A stretch of DNA of 64,000 nt from Macrostomum lignano (taxonomy: Eukaryota): positions 1 to 64,000 of the forward strand of contig NIVC01002509.1 in the NCBI GenBank assembly GCA_002269645.1, in the 5' to 3' direction. Position 1 is the first letter of the stretch. Every line of letters starts with the position of its first letter. Below are positions 10,463 through 22,611 of this stretch, piece by piece. Made by a program: the position numbers and the translations under genes. The notes beneath the pieces are model-generated. The model saw only the letters and a list, made by a program, of their open reading frames with translations. It had not been told where the DNA came from and made no database searches.

Positions 10463-11330
10463 TACCTCTGGGATCTGGGACTATTTGAGTCTTAAGTACC
10501 TCTGGGATCTGGGACTATTTGAGTCTTAAGTACCTCTGGGATCTGGAACTTTTTGAATCTTAATTACCTCTGGGATCTGGGACTATTTGAGTCTTAAGTA
10601 CCTCTGGGATCTGGGACTATTTGAGTCTTGAGTACCTCTGGGATCTGGGACTATTTGAGTCTTAAGTACCTCTGGGATCTGGGACTATTTGAGTCTTAAG
10701 TACCTCTGGGATCTGGAACTTTTTGAATCTTAATTACCTCTGGGATCTGGGACTATTTGAGTCTTGAGTACCTCTGGGATCTGGGACGATTTGAGTCTTA
10801 AGTACCTCTGGGATATGGAACTTTTTGAATCTTAATTACCTCTGGGATCTGGGACTATTTGAGTCTTAAGTATCTCTGGGATATGGAACTTTTTGAATCT
10901 TAATTACCTCTGGGATCTGGGACTATTTGAGTCTTGAGTACCTCTGGGATCTGGGACGATTTGAGTCTTAAGTACCTCTGGGATATGTGACTCTTTGAGT
11001 CTTAATTACCTCTGGGATGTGGGACTAGTTGAGTCTTAATTACCTCTGGGATATGGGACTCTTTGCGTCTTAAATACCTCTGGGATCTGAGACTATTTGA
11101 GTCTTAAATACCTCTGGGATCAGAGACTATTTGAGTCTTAATTAGCTCTGGGATCTGAGACTATTTGAGTCTTAATTACCTCTGGGATCTGAGACTATTT
11201 GAGTCTTAATTACCTCTGGGATCTGAGACTATTTGAGTCTTAATTACCTCTGGGATCTGAGACTATTTGAGTCTTAATTACCTCTGGGATCAGAGACTAT
11301 TTGAGTCTTAATTACCTCTGGGATCTGATA
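10463..11330. repeat. 34-bp minisatellite (ACCTCTGGGATCTGGGACTATTTGAGTCTTAAGT), ~25 copies
   Basis: Period of 34 read directly. Confidence 0.95.
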
Positions 11331-12011
11331 TGATGAAATCTGAAATGCTTTTAAAATCTTAAATAATTCGTTTGCAGTTTGTCAACTTTGGGAACTGTTA
11401 AATAGGATTTTAAACAGCTGACGTCATCCAGCCCATCCCTTATCAATAAATTTTAAATTTGTTGGAAGGTTGCAATATTTCAACAAAAAAGAGAAAAACT
11501 TTGCGTAAAAAATTCCGATAGCAAAGAGAACAAAACCAAAAGCAGTTTTAATGCGTTACAAAATTAGCTTCTTTTAGCTTGGCAACAAAATTTAACGACA
11601 ACATCTAACGCCAAAATTCACTGCAAATTGCCCAGTTATAAATTTTTTCAAAACCTTGTTATACAAAGCAAACTAAGAATAGAAATCTTGTTTGGTTTTT
11701 TACGGAGCGCTAAATTTTTAAGGATAAAAACTAGAAACTTTTTTCTCGATACTACTGCCGAACGATGACGTCATAGTAGCTAGCAGTTACGCATATTTCG
11801 CTAATTTTTACAATGTCAACTAAACTCTACGTCTAGGTCAATTTATACTACTCATACACTGTGTGTTTTCGGTAGTAGTTACGTGTGTTTTTTTTCAAGA
11901 TTTCTTATCTACTAATGCAATAAAAATAACCAACACACACCTCGAAATAGTTGCTAAATACCAAAAGGTAGCAATAAAAACTACGAAAAGGTTAAATAGA
12001 GTCTTGTCAAC

Positions 12012-12145
12012 CTGATCGCAGTCCCCGTGCACAAGGACATAGTCGCCCACGGAGAGCGTCAGCTCATCCTCGGTCGGTCGTTAGGAGAGCAAGAGTACGG
12101 ATCGTAGCTGTACTTGGCCACGAATGCCCGTTTACCTGGATCCGA
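12012..12145 (-). CDS. RIMBP2: RIMBP SH3-1, N-terminal part (FVAKYSYDPYSCSPNDRP/EDELTLSVGDYVLVHGDCDQ); 1-nt frameshift near 12072
   Basis: RIMBP-type SH3 motif (Y-x-Y-D-P…SPN…EL); exon is 134 nt, one short of a codon multiple; CTCAG acceptor, GTTGAC donor. Confidence 0.85.
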
Positions 12146-12469
12146 CTGAGTTCGTTTTTTGGTCCGCAGAAATTGCGTTTTAGTTTTAGTTTAGTTTGAT
12201 TGAAACAGTACAAGTGGTTTGTAATAATTATGATACCATTTTAAGGATAGTAAGTAGTCATCTGGTACATTGAAAATAATTTTATCAAAGCTAATAGTAC
12301 AAGCTATATTAAATAAACGCTGCACAGAATTTACAGCAAGAAATATAATTATTTGGTTACAGAGACAATCAAGGTATAATAGATATAAGAAAGAATAAAA
12401 ATGCGCACATGCACTCTCACACGAAAAAAGTAGGAAAACACGAGAGAATAGATACAAGAAGGAAGAAAG

Positions 12470-13150
12470 ACTAGACACCTAGACACTGTGAGGGAGATAG
12501 AGAGGAGAGAGACTAGACACTGTGAGGGAGATAGAGAGGAGAGAGACTAGACACTGTGAGGGAGATAGAGAGGAGAGAGACTAGACACTGAGGGAGATAG
12601 AGAGGAGAGACTAGACACTGTGAGGGAGATAGAGAGGAGAGAGACTAGACACTGTGAGGGAGATAGAGGGGAGAGAGACTAGACACTTTGAGGGGGAGAG
12701 AGGAGAGACTAGACACTGTGAGGGAGGAGAGAGGAGAGACTAGACACTGTGAGGGAGAAGAGAGGAGAGACTAGACACTGTGAGGGGGGGAGAAAGAAGA
12801 GACTAGACACTGTGAAAGAGATAGAGAGAAGAGATACTAGACACTGTGAGGGGGAGCGGAGAGAGACTAGACACTTTGAGGGGGAGAGAGGAGAGAGAGA
12901 CTAGACACTGTGAGGGGGAGAGGAGAGAGACACTGTGAGGGGAGAGAGAGGAGAGAGAGATTAGACACTGTGAGGGGGGAGAGGAGAGAGACTAGACACT
13001 TTGAGGGGGGGAGAGGAGAGAGAGACTAGACACTGTGAGGGGGGAGAGGAGAGAGACTAGACACTGTGAGGGGAGAGAGGAGAGAGACTAGACACTGTGA
13101 GGGGAGAGAGGAGAGAGACTAGACACTGTGAGGGGAGAGAGGAGAGAGAC
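12470..13150. repeat. ~30-34-bp GA-rich minisatellite (CTAGACACTGTGAGGG(GA)n)
   Basis: Direct inspection. Confidence 0.92.
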
Positions 13151-13586
13151 TAGATACAGACAGACTAAGACTCCAGTAGAGTAAGGTAATGAAAGTATAC
13201 AGGACGCAAGAGATGCAAGCAGATGCGAGAGCTATGGAGGGGAAATGCAATCCGTAATCCTAATTATCCCAGTGTCTCACCAGCCTATTAACACAGCGCT
13301 CCAGGCAAGCTGATAGTCATTCCCAGACTCCTGAGTTGATAAACTCATCCGGAAGCCTCTGGCTACGGGTAGAGGCACTTTTTTCATACAATCGTCTATC
13401 CAATAACCCAACCAACTGCGAGAGATTAAGATTTCCCACCGCTACTCAGCCTGAGAAGTGCTCATTCTAGTGAGCACACTCGAACAAATGGAACTAGCCT
13501 ATATACATATATGGGAATAGAATTACTTGGGCACAGCGAGTAACCTCTTAAAGAGAAAAAAAACAAGACAGAGTTTTTATTGCTAG

Positions 13587-13628
<42 letters not shown>

Positions 13629-14189
13629 CCCAAGCTTTGATTGACTGCCAACCCTCCCCACAACCCCCTACCAAACTCTCGCATGAGCTCGCTTCTGTCG
13701 GGCATTGCTCAACAAGGGGCTTTATATATCAACAGGATATCTGGGCAACCCCCGTCCCACTCTCTTCTCCCTTCTCATCCGCCTAGAGCCCTCCCGCACA
13801 CTACTGCTCTAATCTCTAAATCCAGATTGCTTCTCCAACGATTGCTTCTCCTAAGCTTATCCCTGATCCTTATTCTCTCCCACCCACCCCGCTGTGCCCG
13901 CCTAAACAGGCATCTGCCAGCACTGCGGAATAGCAGAGGGACACAGGGCCTTCGTCTCAGCCAATTATCTATAACTCAGAGGGGGGCGAGGAGGCGAAAG
14001 CCAGAATGAAAACTGTGCATGATTTGGAGGATTAGCTTGGGATGAAGGAAGCTGGAGAGGAACAGGCTGCGATTCTGGGTGGCCGCAGCACGCAAAGATG
14101 AAGGGGAAGGCAGAGTGGAAGGGAAAGCGTTCTGTGCCAGCTCGTATATAATATTTATAGATAATAAAGTCATCGGTAGAGCAAAGCTG

Positions 14190-14206
14190 CTTAAATAGAT
14201 AAATAA

Positions 14207-14239
<33 letters not shown>

Positions 14240-14405
14240 CTGACAGATAGATAGATGGATAGATGATAGGTAGATAGATGGATAGATAGATAGACTGACA
14301 GATAGATAGATAGATAGACTGACAGATAGATAGATGGATAGATAGATAGACTGACAGATAGACAGATAGATAGACTGACAGATAGATAGATGGATAGATG
14401 ATGGA
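14190..14405. repeat. (GATA)n microsatellite
   Basis: Direct inspection. Confidence 0.95.
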
Positions 14406-14701
14406 TAGCAGAAAATGCCTAGGCACTCTGATCTGAGTAACCAATACCCAGACTAAGAGCAGAGCTAATTGAGCTGATCGCATTAGTGGACACAATCAAT
14501 AGAAAAAATACAACACGGAACAAACTTAATACATTCAGTCTCATAAAGCTTAAATTGACCGACCACAGCAAGTACTGTAATAACTAATGCTAAATGCTAA
14601 GACTAAAGAACAGAGCGAGTTACCAATTGCTACACACAGAAGAAAAACAAATAAAATCAATTAATAAGTAAACGCTAATTTTATGTATCCCATTGACTCA
14701 C

Positions 14702-14949
14702 CTTGGGATAACTTTGCAAAGCCGCTTGCGATAAAGAATAGTGAGCACTGTTGCTATGCTGCATGGAGTGATGAGGCTGAGCCCGGGAGGCTGTCGGCCC
14801 ACCGTATCCCATCGAAGAATGATGTTGAACGGGCGGCGGAGGCTGGGGCGCTGAATGCAACTGAGGCGAAGTTCTTCTGTGATGGTAATCGGCGCCACCA
14901 CCACCGGAATGATGGCCAGGATTATGGGTTGAGCTTGGGAAATAATCCT
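14702..14949 (-). CDS. RIMBP2: RIMBP coding exon (His/Pro/Gln-rich linker, DYFPSSTHNPGHH…QSYPK)
   Basis: CTCTTTCCGCAG acceptor, GTGAGT donor, 248 nt, phase 1/0, matching both neighbours. Confidence 0.8.
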
Positions 14950-14979
14950 CTGCGGAAAGAGTTTTAAATTCAGGCGTGT

Positions 14980-15250
14980 GTACATTGTGTACAGGTTGTA
15001 GAGGTTGGTGGGGAGTGTATGTACATTGGGGTAGAAGTTGTAGAGGTTGGTGGGGCGTGTGTGTACATTGGGCAGAGGTTACAGAGGCTGGTGGGGAGTG
15101 TGTGTACATTGGGCAGAGGTTACAGAGGCTGGTGGGGAGTGTGTGTACATTGGGCAGAGGTTACAGAGGTTGGTGGGGAGTGTATGTACATTGGGGTAGA
15201 GGTTGGAGAGGTTAGTCGGGCGTGGATGTACAGAGGGGGTAGAGGCTGTA
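14980..15250. repeat. 41-bp minisatellite (GTGTACATTGGGCAGAGGTTACAGAGGCTGGTGGGGAGTGT)
   Basis: Period of 41; ends ~30 nt from the acceptor at 14950. Confidence 0.9.
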
Positions 15251-15809
15251 GGGATTCGGCTGTCGGTAGCGCGTGTACATTAGTGTTGAGGGCTGGTAGG
15301 AATATGCAGGTATGTACTTTAACAACCCCCAAACCCCTAGGATGTCATCAGAATAATCAGTGAAGTATAGATAAATTATTTAGGCTTTCTATTATAAAAC
15401 TGGGTAACCAAATTTCTAAGTACAAGCCCAAAACCGATACAAGGACTCAATCAGTAATTAAAAGTTCAGGAAAAAATCCACCAAACTAGGGGAACTGAAA
15501 ACCGCGAACAAAAATCAACAAATGACCATTTTCCAGCTAAACACTTCACCTGAAAAAACACGGGAAAGGGAAGGCGACAAACGGCACTATTGAAAAATCC
15601 TCACGCCACAAAACGATCCATCAACACAACAGGTCTACTGAAGATGAATAAAAACCGACGACACACCTGGACAAACACGAAAATCCGACAGACCAACAGA
15701 AAAGCAAGGCACGCCACTTGAAGTACACGAAGAAATAAATAACGAGTGATCCTCTCGACCAGGAAATTAAAATTTTACTGCCACCTTGTGCGGAGCAAAA
15801 TTTGTTTAC

Positions 15810-16004
15810 CAGAACGAAGCATCAAATCGGAAAACAGGTCGTCTACGAAAGAATAAGTGGCCCAGGGCAGGCCGCTGCCGCCGTTGCGTACGGGCGGCGG
15901 CTGCCCGGCGGGAACTGAGCCTGCGAGCAGGGGGTTGGGGACTGCGCTGTGCCTCCTGCGCTTCATTGTCTGGCTGTCATTGAGCTGTCATTGAGCCGAT
16001 CTGT
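15810..16004 (-). other. Candidate phase-1/phase-1 cassette exon of RIMBP containing one in-frame TGA
   Basis: TGTCAG acceptor to GTAAAC donor gives 195 nt (a multiple of 3), GC-rich and open except TGA at 15990-15988; both splice sites are weak. Confidence 0.35.
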
Positions 16005-16009
16005 CTGAC

Positions 16010-16385
16010 AGCTTGTCTGACCTGTCAGTCTGTGTGACCTGTCTGTCTGTCAGCCTGTGTGGTCTGTCTGTCTGTCTGTCTGTCAGCCTGTGTGGTCTGT
16101 CTGTCTGTCTGTCAGCCTGTGTGGTCTGTCTGTCTGTCAGCCTGTGTGGTCTGTCTGTCTGTCAGCCTGTGTGGTCTGCCTGTCTGTCAGCCTGTGTGGT
16201 CTGTCTGTCTGTCTGTCTGTCTGTCAGCCTGTGTGATCTGTCTGTCTGTCTGTCAGCCTGTGTGGTCTGTCTCTGTCAGCCTGTGTGGTCTGCCTGTCTG
16301 TCAGCCTGTGTGGTCTGTCTGTCTGTCAGACTGTGTGGTCTGCCTGCCTGCCTGCCTGTCTGTCTGTCTGTCTGTCTTACTGACT
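16010..16385. repeat. (TCTG)n with interspersed TCAGCCTGTGTGG units
   Basis: Direct inspection. Confidence 0.92.
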
Positions 16386-16513
16386 CGGTGCAAAACTGTC
16401 CGAGAATTCCCGTTCAAGAAACTTGCATCAATACAAATATCGAACACATCACGCACAGGGCAGTTGCAGAGCAACTGTGCGAATGAAAACTTCAGACCCA
16501 GCAAGCAGCTTAC

Positions 16514-16727
16514 GAGGCTGGAAGCCGTTAGAGCTGGCCATGTAGTCGGGCCCCACAACTGTCGGTGTTGAGTTGTGCTGCGGCGGCTGCTGCTGCATCG
16601 GCGCAACGCCGAGGCCTCGAAGTTCGTCATATTTCTGCTTTTTCTTGGCCGCCTCAAGCTCCAGCATCAGCTCCTCGTGGCGCAGCGACTGCAGCTCGGC
16701 GCGCTTCTCCAATTCGCGCAGTTGCGT
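16514..16727 (-). CDS. RIMBP2: RIMBP coding exon (TQLRELEKRAELQSLRHEELMLELEAAKKK…)
   Basis: CTCATCAG acceptor, GTAAGC donor, 214 nt, phase 0/1. LRELEKRxELQxxRHEELxLELE resembles the RIMBP-family coiled coil that precedes SH3-1. Confidence 0.85.
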
Positions 16728-16729
16728 CT

Positions 16730-17430
16730 GATGAGATTAGATATCATGGAGAGATGAGATAAGTGTGAGATTAGATACCATGGAGAGATGAGGTAAGTGT
16801 GAGCTTAGATAGAATGCGGAGATGAGATAGATTAGATATTATGGAGAGATAAGATAAATGAGATTAGATTTCAAGGAGAGATGAGGTAAGTATGAAATTA
16901 GATATCATAGAGAGATGAAGTAAGTACGAGATTAGATATTATGGAAAGATGAGGTAAGTATGAGATTAGATACGCGCTCGTATCATGGAGAGATGAGAGG
17001 TCATGGAAAGGTGGGATAGTATTAGATTAGATTCCATGGAGAGATGAGATAAATATGAGATTAGATACCATTGAGAGATGAGGTAAATATGAGATTAGAT
17101 ACCATGGAGAGATGAGATAAATATGAGATTAGATACCATGGAGAGATGAGATAAATATGAGATTAGATACCATGGAGAGATGAGATAAATATGAGATTAG
17201 ATACCATGGAGAGATGAGATAAATATGAGATTAGATATCATGAAGAGATGAGGTAAATGTGAGATTAGATATCACATGGAGAGACGAGGTAAGTGTGAGA
17301 TTAGATATCATGGAGAGACGAGGTAAGTGTGAGATTAGATATCATGGAGAGACGAGGTAAGTGTGAGATTAGATATCACATGGAGAGACGAGGTAAGTGT
17401 GAGATTAGATATCATGGAGAGATGAGAGGT
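16730..17430. repeat. 34-bp minisatellite (GAGATTAGATATCATGGAGAGATGAGGTAAGTGT-type)
   Basis: Period ~34; abuts the acceptor at 16728. Confidence 0.92.
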
Positions 17431-18254
17431 CAAAAAGAGGTGGGAAAGTAAGAGATTACATACTACGTAGAGATGATATTGTTAGATAATATACTCGTAG
17501 AATAGAGGTGGGATAATATGCGACTAGTTGAAGTCGATTACGAGACAAGATCTCTGTTTTAGTAAGAGACTGGATCGACTAATAATGGTATATCAGAGTG
17601 ATACTCGGACAGACTGGCCACACTAATAGCATATCCCAAATGCACTATTGACAGCCTCACGGCACACTGACACCGGATACCATGTATGACGGGAAATCCG
17701 TGCCTCAATCCATCTCACTCTCAGCTAGCAGCTGAACTCAAGCGAGCCAATCTTTTCAAACTAAACTCACCTTCAGCGAGTCCACAGTCTCTTCATTGGC
17801 CCTGGCCGCGTAATTATCCGGCCCCTATGGACAGATTGGCGATAATTATTATTAGTAGCATTATATATAGTAATACGAGCCTAGCAATAGTTTGCTAGTA
17901 TTAGAATAATCATGATAATGGTGTTTATCTAAACTATGTACACACACTAATACATAATTAATCAAACAGCAGGCCTGGCCTCCAATTCAAATCAACCCTT
18001 CGACTCTACACAGCAGCCGAAATCATAGCAGCTCTATTGAAACAGAACGGGCAGGGTCGCCACCGCCAGTTGTCACAAGCACAAAGAGAATGGAGCGACC
18101 GACGAGTCAATATTAGTTGTGGGGATTCGAGCTGAGGACGGATAAGTTGAGAACCAGGCGCTGCCTGCGGAGATAACAGAGATGCAGGCGAGGGAGCTGC
18201 AGGAAGTATGGAGAGAGATCGGGTAGAGTGGGGTGAGAATAACTAAAGAGCTTA

Positions 18255-18281
18255 GAGACAGACAGAAAAACAGACAGACAA

Positions 18282-18332
<51 letters not shown>

Positions 18333-18335
18333 CTA

Positions 18336-18368
<33 letters not shown>

Positions 18369-18371
18369 CTA

Positions 18372-18408
<37 letters not shown>

Positions 18409-18435
18409 CTAAGACAGACACTAAGAAAGACACTA

Positions 18436-18480
<45 letters not shown>

Positions 18481-18487
18481 GTCAGGC

Positions 18488-18562
<75 letters not shown>

Positions 18563-18575
18563 AAGACAGACACTA

Positions 18576-18632
<57 letters not shown>

Positions 18633-18635
18633 GCA
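18255..18635. repeat. (CAGA)n microsatellite
   Basis: Direct inspection. Confidence 0.95.
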
Positions 18636-19879
18636 GATGCAGTGAAGCAGTGTATGGAACAAAATAAGGTCATCGTGAACGGGGCAGCGAAATGAGCCGC
18701 GAGCAAGCAGAAGCCCCAGTTTACTCAGATGAGAAGCGGGCACGTGCGCAGATACAGCAGGCAGGCGCCCAGATCAAGTATGATGATACACAGCGCCCGC
18801 AAAAACCTACTCAAGCATCGATAGCTCCGTCTGACCAATTTTTTTTCTCTCTCTCTCTCGCCCCCCCCCACCCACACCCATTGCAGCCTCCCGGGACTGA
18901 AACTACATCAAGGACATTCGTTGTCGCATTCTAAATTATGCATAGAGAATCAACATCCAGTGGTGGCGGGGGGGGGGGTTGCTGGGCTAGCAACAGTGGC
19001 CGGCAAGGCCTGACAGCCAGACGGTTTAAACAGCCGATAGCTTAAGCCCAGGGAAACGAATGACCAGGAAGCACCGGGCGTAGAGAAAATTGAAAGATAA
19101 ATCTTCCAACAGCTAGGCGCAATGTCATGTGAGAACGAGAGGGATCGCGCGGCTCGCAGGGGACACAAGTCGGCATGGGGATCGAGGGAGTAAAGAGGGA
19201 AGAAAGCTGTGCAGAAATCGAATATCAGCCTCTAGCAAAGCGACATCTTGTCTTAGTGTTTCTGCATCTGTCCTTCCGTCTCCGGGAGGATATTTGGAAA
19301 AACTACAGTCACATGAATCTCCAGCTCTGAAGACTGGCCGACAGATTGCTTGGCTTACAACATTGGAGATGGCATATCTAGCATTGTGATCCGTCAGAAC
19401 TGGGAACCAGAGGGGTGACAGTCGGACAGAACTGGACAAGAAGAGCATTCATGTAGTTGATGGGGCATGATGGAGAAAGAGGATCTGATTTACAGACCTG
19501 AGCTTCTGAAAGACTCAAGGTGAGGGAGTGAGACAGACGAGAAGGGAAGAGAGCAGCTGAGAGCAGTGTTTACTGCCTGGCCTGAGCTCAGAGACTGCGC
19601 ACGCTGCTCAGATGGCCAAAAAGGAAGGCAGCGTGACAGGTGACTCGGGGTCAGTGTGGCATTCTAAATAGCAAGGCCAGACATTTTGACTTTCTGAGTT
19701 CCGACAGTCAGATCTAATTGTAAGACAGTTCAGCTTTTCAGAAAATATTATTATCATAAATTTTAAAACTACTTTCTCACAATCAGAAGATAGAAGCTCT
19801 AAAAAACTATGTAGCCGTAGCTGTGGGAAATATATTCGGAAACGGCATGCCCAACAACTAAGGAAATACTTCATCCTTT

Positions 19880-20280
19880 GCCTCTCCTCCCTCCTGCCCT
19901 TCCCTGCCTCTCCTCCTGCCCCTCCCTGCCTCTCCCTGCCCCTCCCTGCCTCTCCCTGCCTCCCCTCCTGCCCCTCCCTGCCTCTCCCTGCCTCTCCCTG
20001 CCCCTCCCTGCCTCCCCTCCTGCCCCTCCTCCTGCCCCTCCCTGCCTCCCCTCCTGCCCCTCCCTGCCCCTCCCTGCCTCTCCCTGCCTCCCCTCCTTGC
20101 CTCCCCTCCTGCCCCTCCCTGCCCCTCCCTGCCTCCCCTCCTGCCCCTCCCTGCCCCTCCCTGCCTCCCCTCCTGCCCCTCCCTGCCTCCCCTCCTGCCC
20201 CTCCCTGCCCCTCCCTGCCTCCCCCTCCTGCCCCTCCCTGCCCCTCCCTGCCTCCCCCTCCTGCCCCTCTCTCCCTACCT
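19880..20280. repeat. C-rich 12-16-bp repeat (CCCCTCCCTGCCT); G-rich on the minus strand
   Basis: Direct inspection. Confidence 0.92.
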
Positions 20281-21090
20281 TCCTCTCTGCTCTTCCCGCT
20301 TTTTCTGTCCCCCATTCGTCCATGCCTGCTGTATATTGTACATAAATCTCACCCTTCATCTCCTCCTATGCCTCTTCTCACCCCTTTCTCCTCTCCTTCC
20401 TCAATCATTCCTTTATCCTCACCACCACCTGTCCTCTTAGCCTTTGTTTGCTCTCCTGTCTCTATCCACACCAGGCGCGACCTCCCGCAGAGCCCAATTA
20501 GCATAATGATGAAGGGTGGCTCTCAGCTGCCGCAGTAGCCGTAAAAAAGCAACTGTCTTTTTAAAAAATTAAAAGAAAAGTTTTTGCTCCCTGGAGTGTG
20601 AAAATTTGGGCGATAGTGAAAAACGTTAAAGCACTTTCCGTTTCCCCAGGGTCTCAGCTCAGGCTAAGTAAAGCAACTTAAACTTATTATATAAAAAGAA
20701 TCGCACATTCATTTTCGTAATGGCAGTTCACCATCTCTCACTAACAGACCTTCAGCCAATTTGAAATCAAAGCCGTATGTAAAAAGCATGAGGAGTTCAT
20801 AATAAATTAGGAAATAGCCATCACCCAAACTTAACAGCAAAAGGCTTAAGAAAATCTTTTGGCTATAATAATTATTTCTAACCTCTCTTTACTCTTTGCG
20901 AACCTGCTAGTCATGCCTTAATCGTGATACTGATCGACATAATTACCAAAATTTTAGGGGCTTAGAATCGAAATCTCAAACTGCAAAGAAGATTTTAATT
21001 TAGAATTTTTCTCTTTTCAATATCTAATGAGACAGAAATTTCTTTCTGTTCCTCTAGAAGAAGCGCGTCTTGAGCAGAAACGGCGGCTAC

Positions 21091-21195
21091 CTTCTTCATA
21101 TAGAATGACTCGCGAGATTTCTCGTCAATCAGGTGTTTTAAACGCGCGTGCTCGGACTCCAGCTCGCGTTTCTTCTCGAGCGACTCGCGCATGTG
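21091..21195 (-). CDS. RIMBP2: RIMBP coding exon (HMRESLEKKRELESEHARLKHLIDEKSRESFYMKK)
   Basis: TTTTTAG acceptor, which is also the edge of the 43 bp array; 105 nt, phase 0/0; donor GTAGCC is weak. Confidence 0.7.
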
Positions 21196-21975
21196 CTAAA
21201 AATATAATTTTAAATGGTGACTCATTATATAATGGTAGCTAAAAATAGAATTTTAAATGGTGACTCATCATATAATGGTAGCTAAAAATAGAATTTTAAA
21301 TGGTGACTCATTATATAATGGTAGCTAAAAATATAATTTTAAATGGTGACTATTATATAATGGTAGCTAAAAATAGAATTTTAAATGGTGACTCATTATA
21401 TAATGGTAGCTAAAAATAGAATTTTAAATGGTGACTCATCATATAATGGTAGCTAAAAAAAGAATTTTAAATGGTGACTATTATATAATGGTAGCTAAAA
21501 ATATAATTTTAAATGGTGACTCATTATATAATGGTAGCTAAAAATATAATTTTAAATGGTGACTCATTATATAATGGTAGCTAAAAATAGAATTTTAAAT
21601 GGTGACTCATTATATAATGGTAGCTAAAAATAGAATTTTAAATGGTGACTATTATATAATGGTAGCTAAAAATAGAATTTTAAATGGTGACTCATTATAT
21701 AATGGTAGCTAAAAATAGAATTTTAAATGGTGACTCATCATATAATGGTAGCTAAAAATAGAATTTTAAATGGTGACTATTATATAATGGTAGCTAAAAA
21801 TATAATTTTAAATGGTGACTCATTATATAATGGTAGCTAAAAATATAATTTTAAATGGTGACTATTATATAATGGTGGCTAAAAATAGAATTTTAAATGG
21901 TGACTCATTATATAATGGTAGCTAAAAATAGAATTTTAAATGGTGACTCATAATATAATGGTAGCTAAAAATAGA
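21196..21975. repeat. 43-bp AT-rich minisatellite (CTAAAAATAGAATTTTAAATGGTGACTCATTATATAATGGTAG), 18 copies
   Basis: Period of 43 (42 in the TGACTATT variant). Confidence 0.95.
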
Positions 21976-22345
21976 ACGGCGGGTGATTAGTCACCGCGAA
22001 ATGATCTAAAAGTCAGCAACTGTTTATAATGGACGTCGCTAAAGGAAGGAAAGCGATTTTTAGGATAATTTAGCAACTATCACCTTGTCGATGTTCTAAT
22101 TTTCATCATATTGAAGAAAATTTTGGCGCTAAAATCTTATATTAGAAATAACTAAGAGATAACAACTTTGGGGACGATTTTAGGGTCATAACTTCGGGGA
22201 TAACTTACGATCACGGCTTAGGGAATAATTTATGGATCATAACTTTGAGGATAACTTAGGGGTCACGACTTTGGGAATAATTTAGGGTTCACAGCTTTGG
22301 AATAAGGAAGAGGGCTGCAACAAACTAAGCAACCAGCCGACTCAC

Positions 22346-22468
22346 CTTCATAATGAGCTCCATTTCCGCCATTTGCAAGCGCAGAAAGTCAGCCTCCTGC
22401 CGGCTGACAGCCAAGTCTGTACCAACTTCTTGCAGGCTGAGGGTCAGTTCCTGATTGATCTGCTTCAC
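22346..22468 (-). CDS. RIMBP2: RIMBP coding exon (VKQINQELTLSLQEVGTDLAVSRQEADFLRLQMAEMELIMK)
   Basis: CAG acceptor, GTGAGT donor, 123 nt, phase 0/0. Confidence 0.8.
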
Positions 22469-22611
22469 CTGACCGTTCGCAGTAGGTAAGTAAGAAATCG
22501 GATAAGGAAAACCAACAATCCTCAAAAGCGCCAATAATTTTAAGCGATTTAAAAAGTAAAACCCAAATGCCAAAATGAAAATCGGAAAAAAAATATTTCG
22601 CAGCGAAATAC

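Noticed and set aside
13200-14180. Possible transposon debris (also 19100-19860, 26060-26780 and 49330-49680)
   Set aside because: Higher-GC, non-repetitive intronic stretches, but I could not recognise any diagnostic motif; needs a repeat-library search
15988-15990. Selenocysteine interpretation of the in-frame TGA
   Set aside because: No redox-type context, RIMBPs are not known selenoproteins, and no SECIS could be identified by eye
19608-20359. Gly/Arg/Glu-rich and Pro/Leu-rich ORFs
   Set aside because: Translations of the C-rich/G-rich repeat
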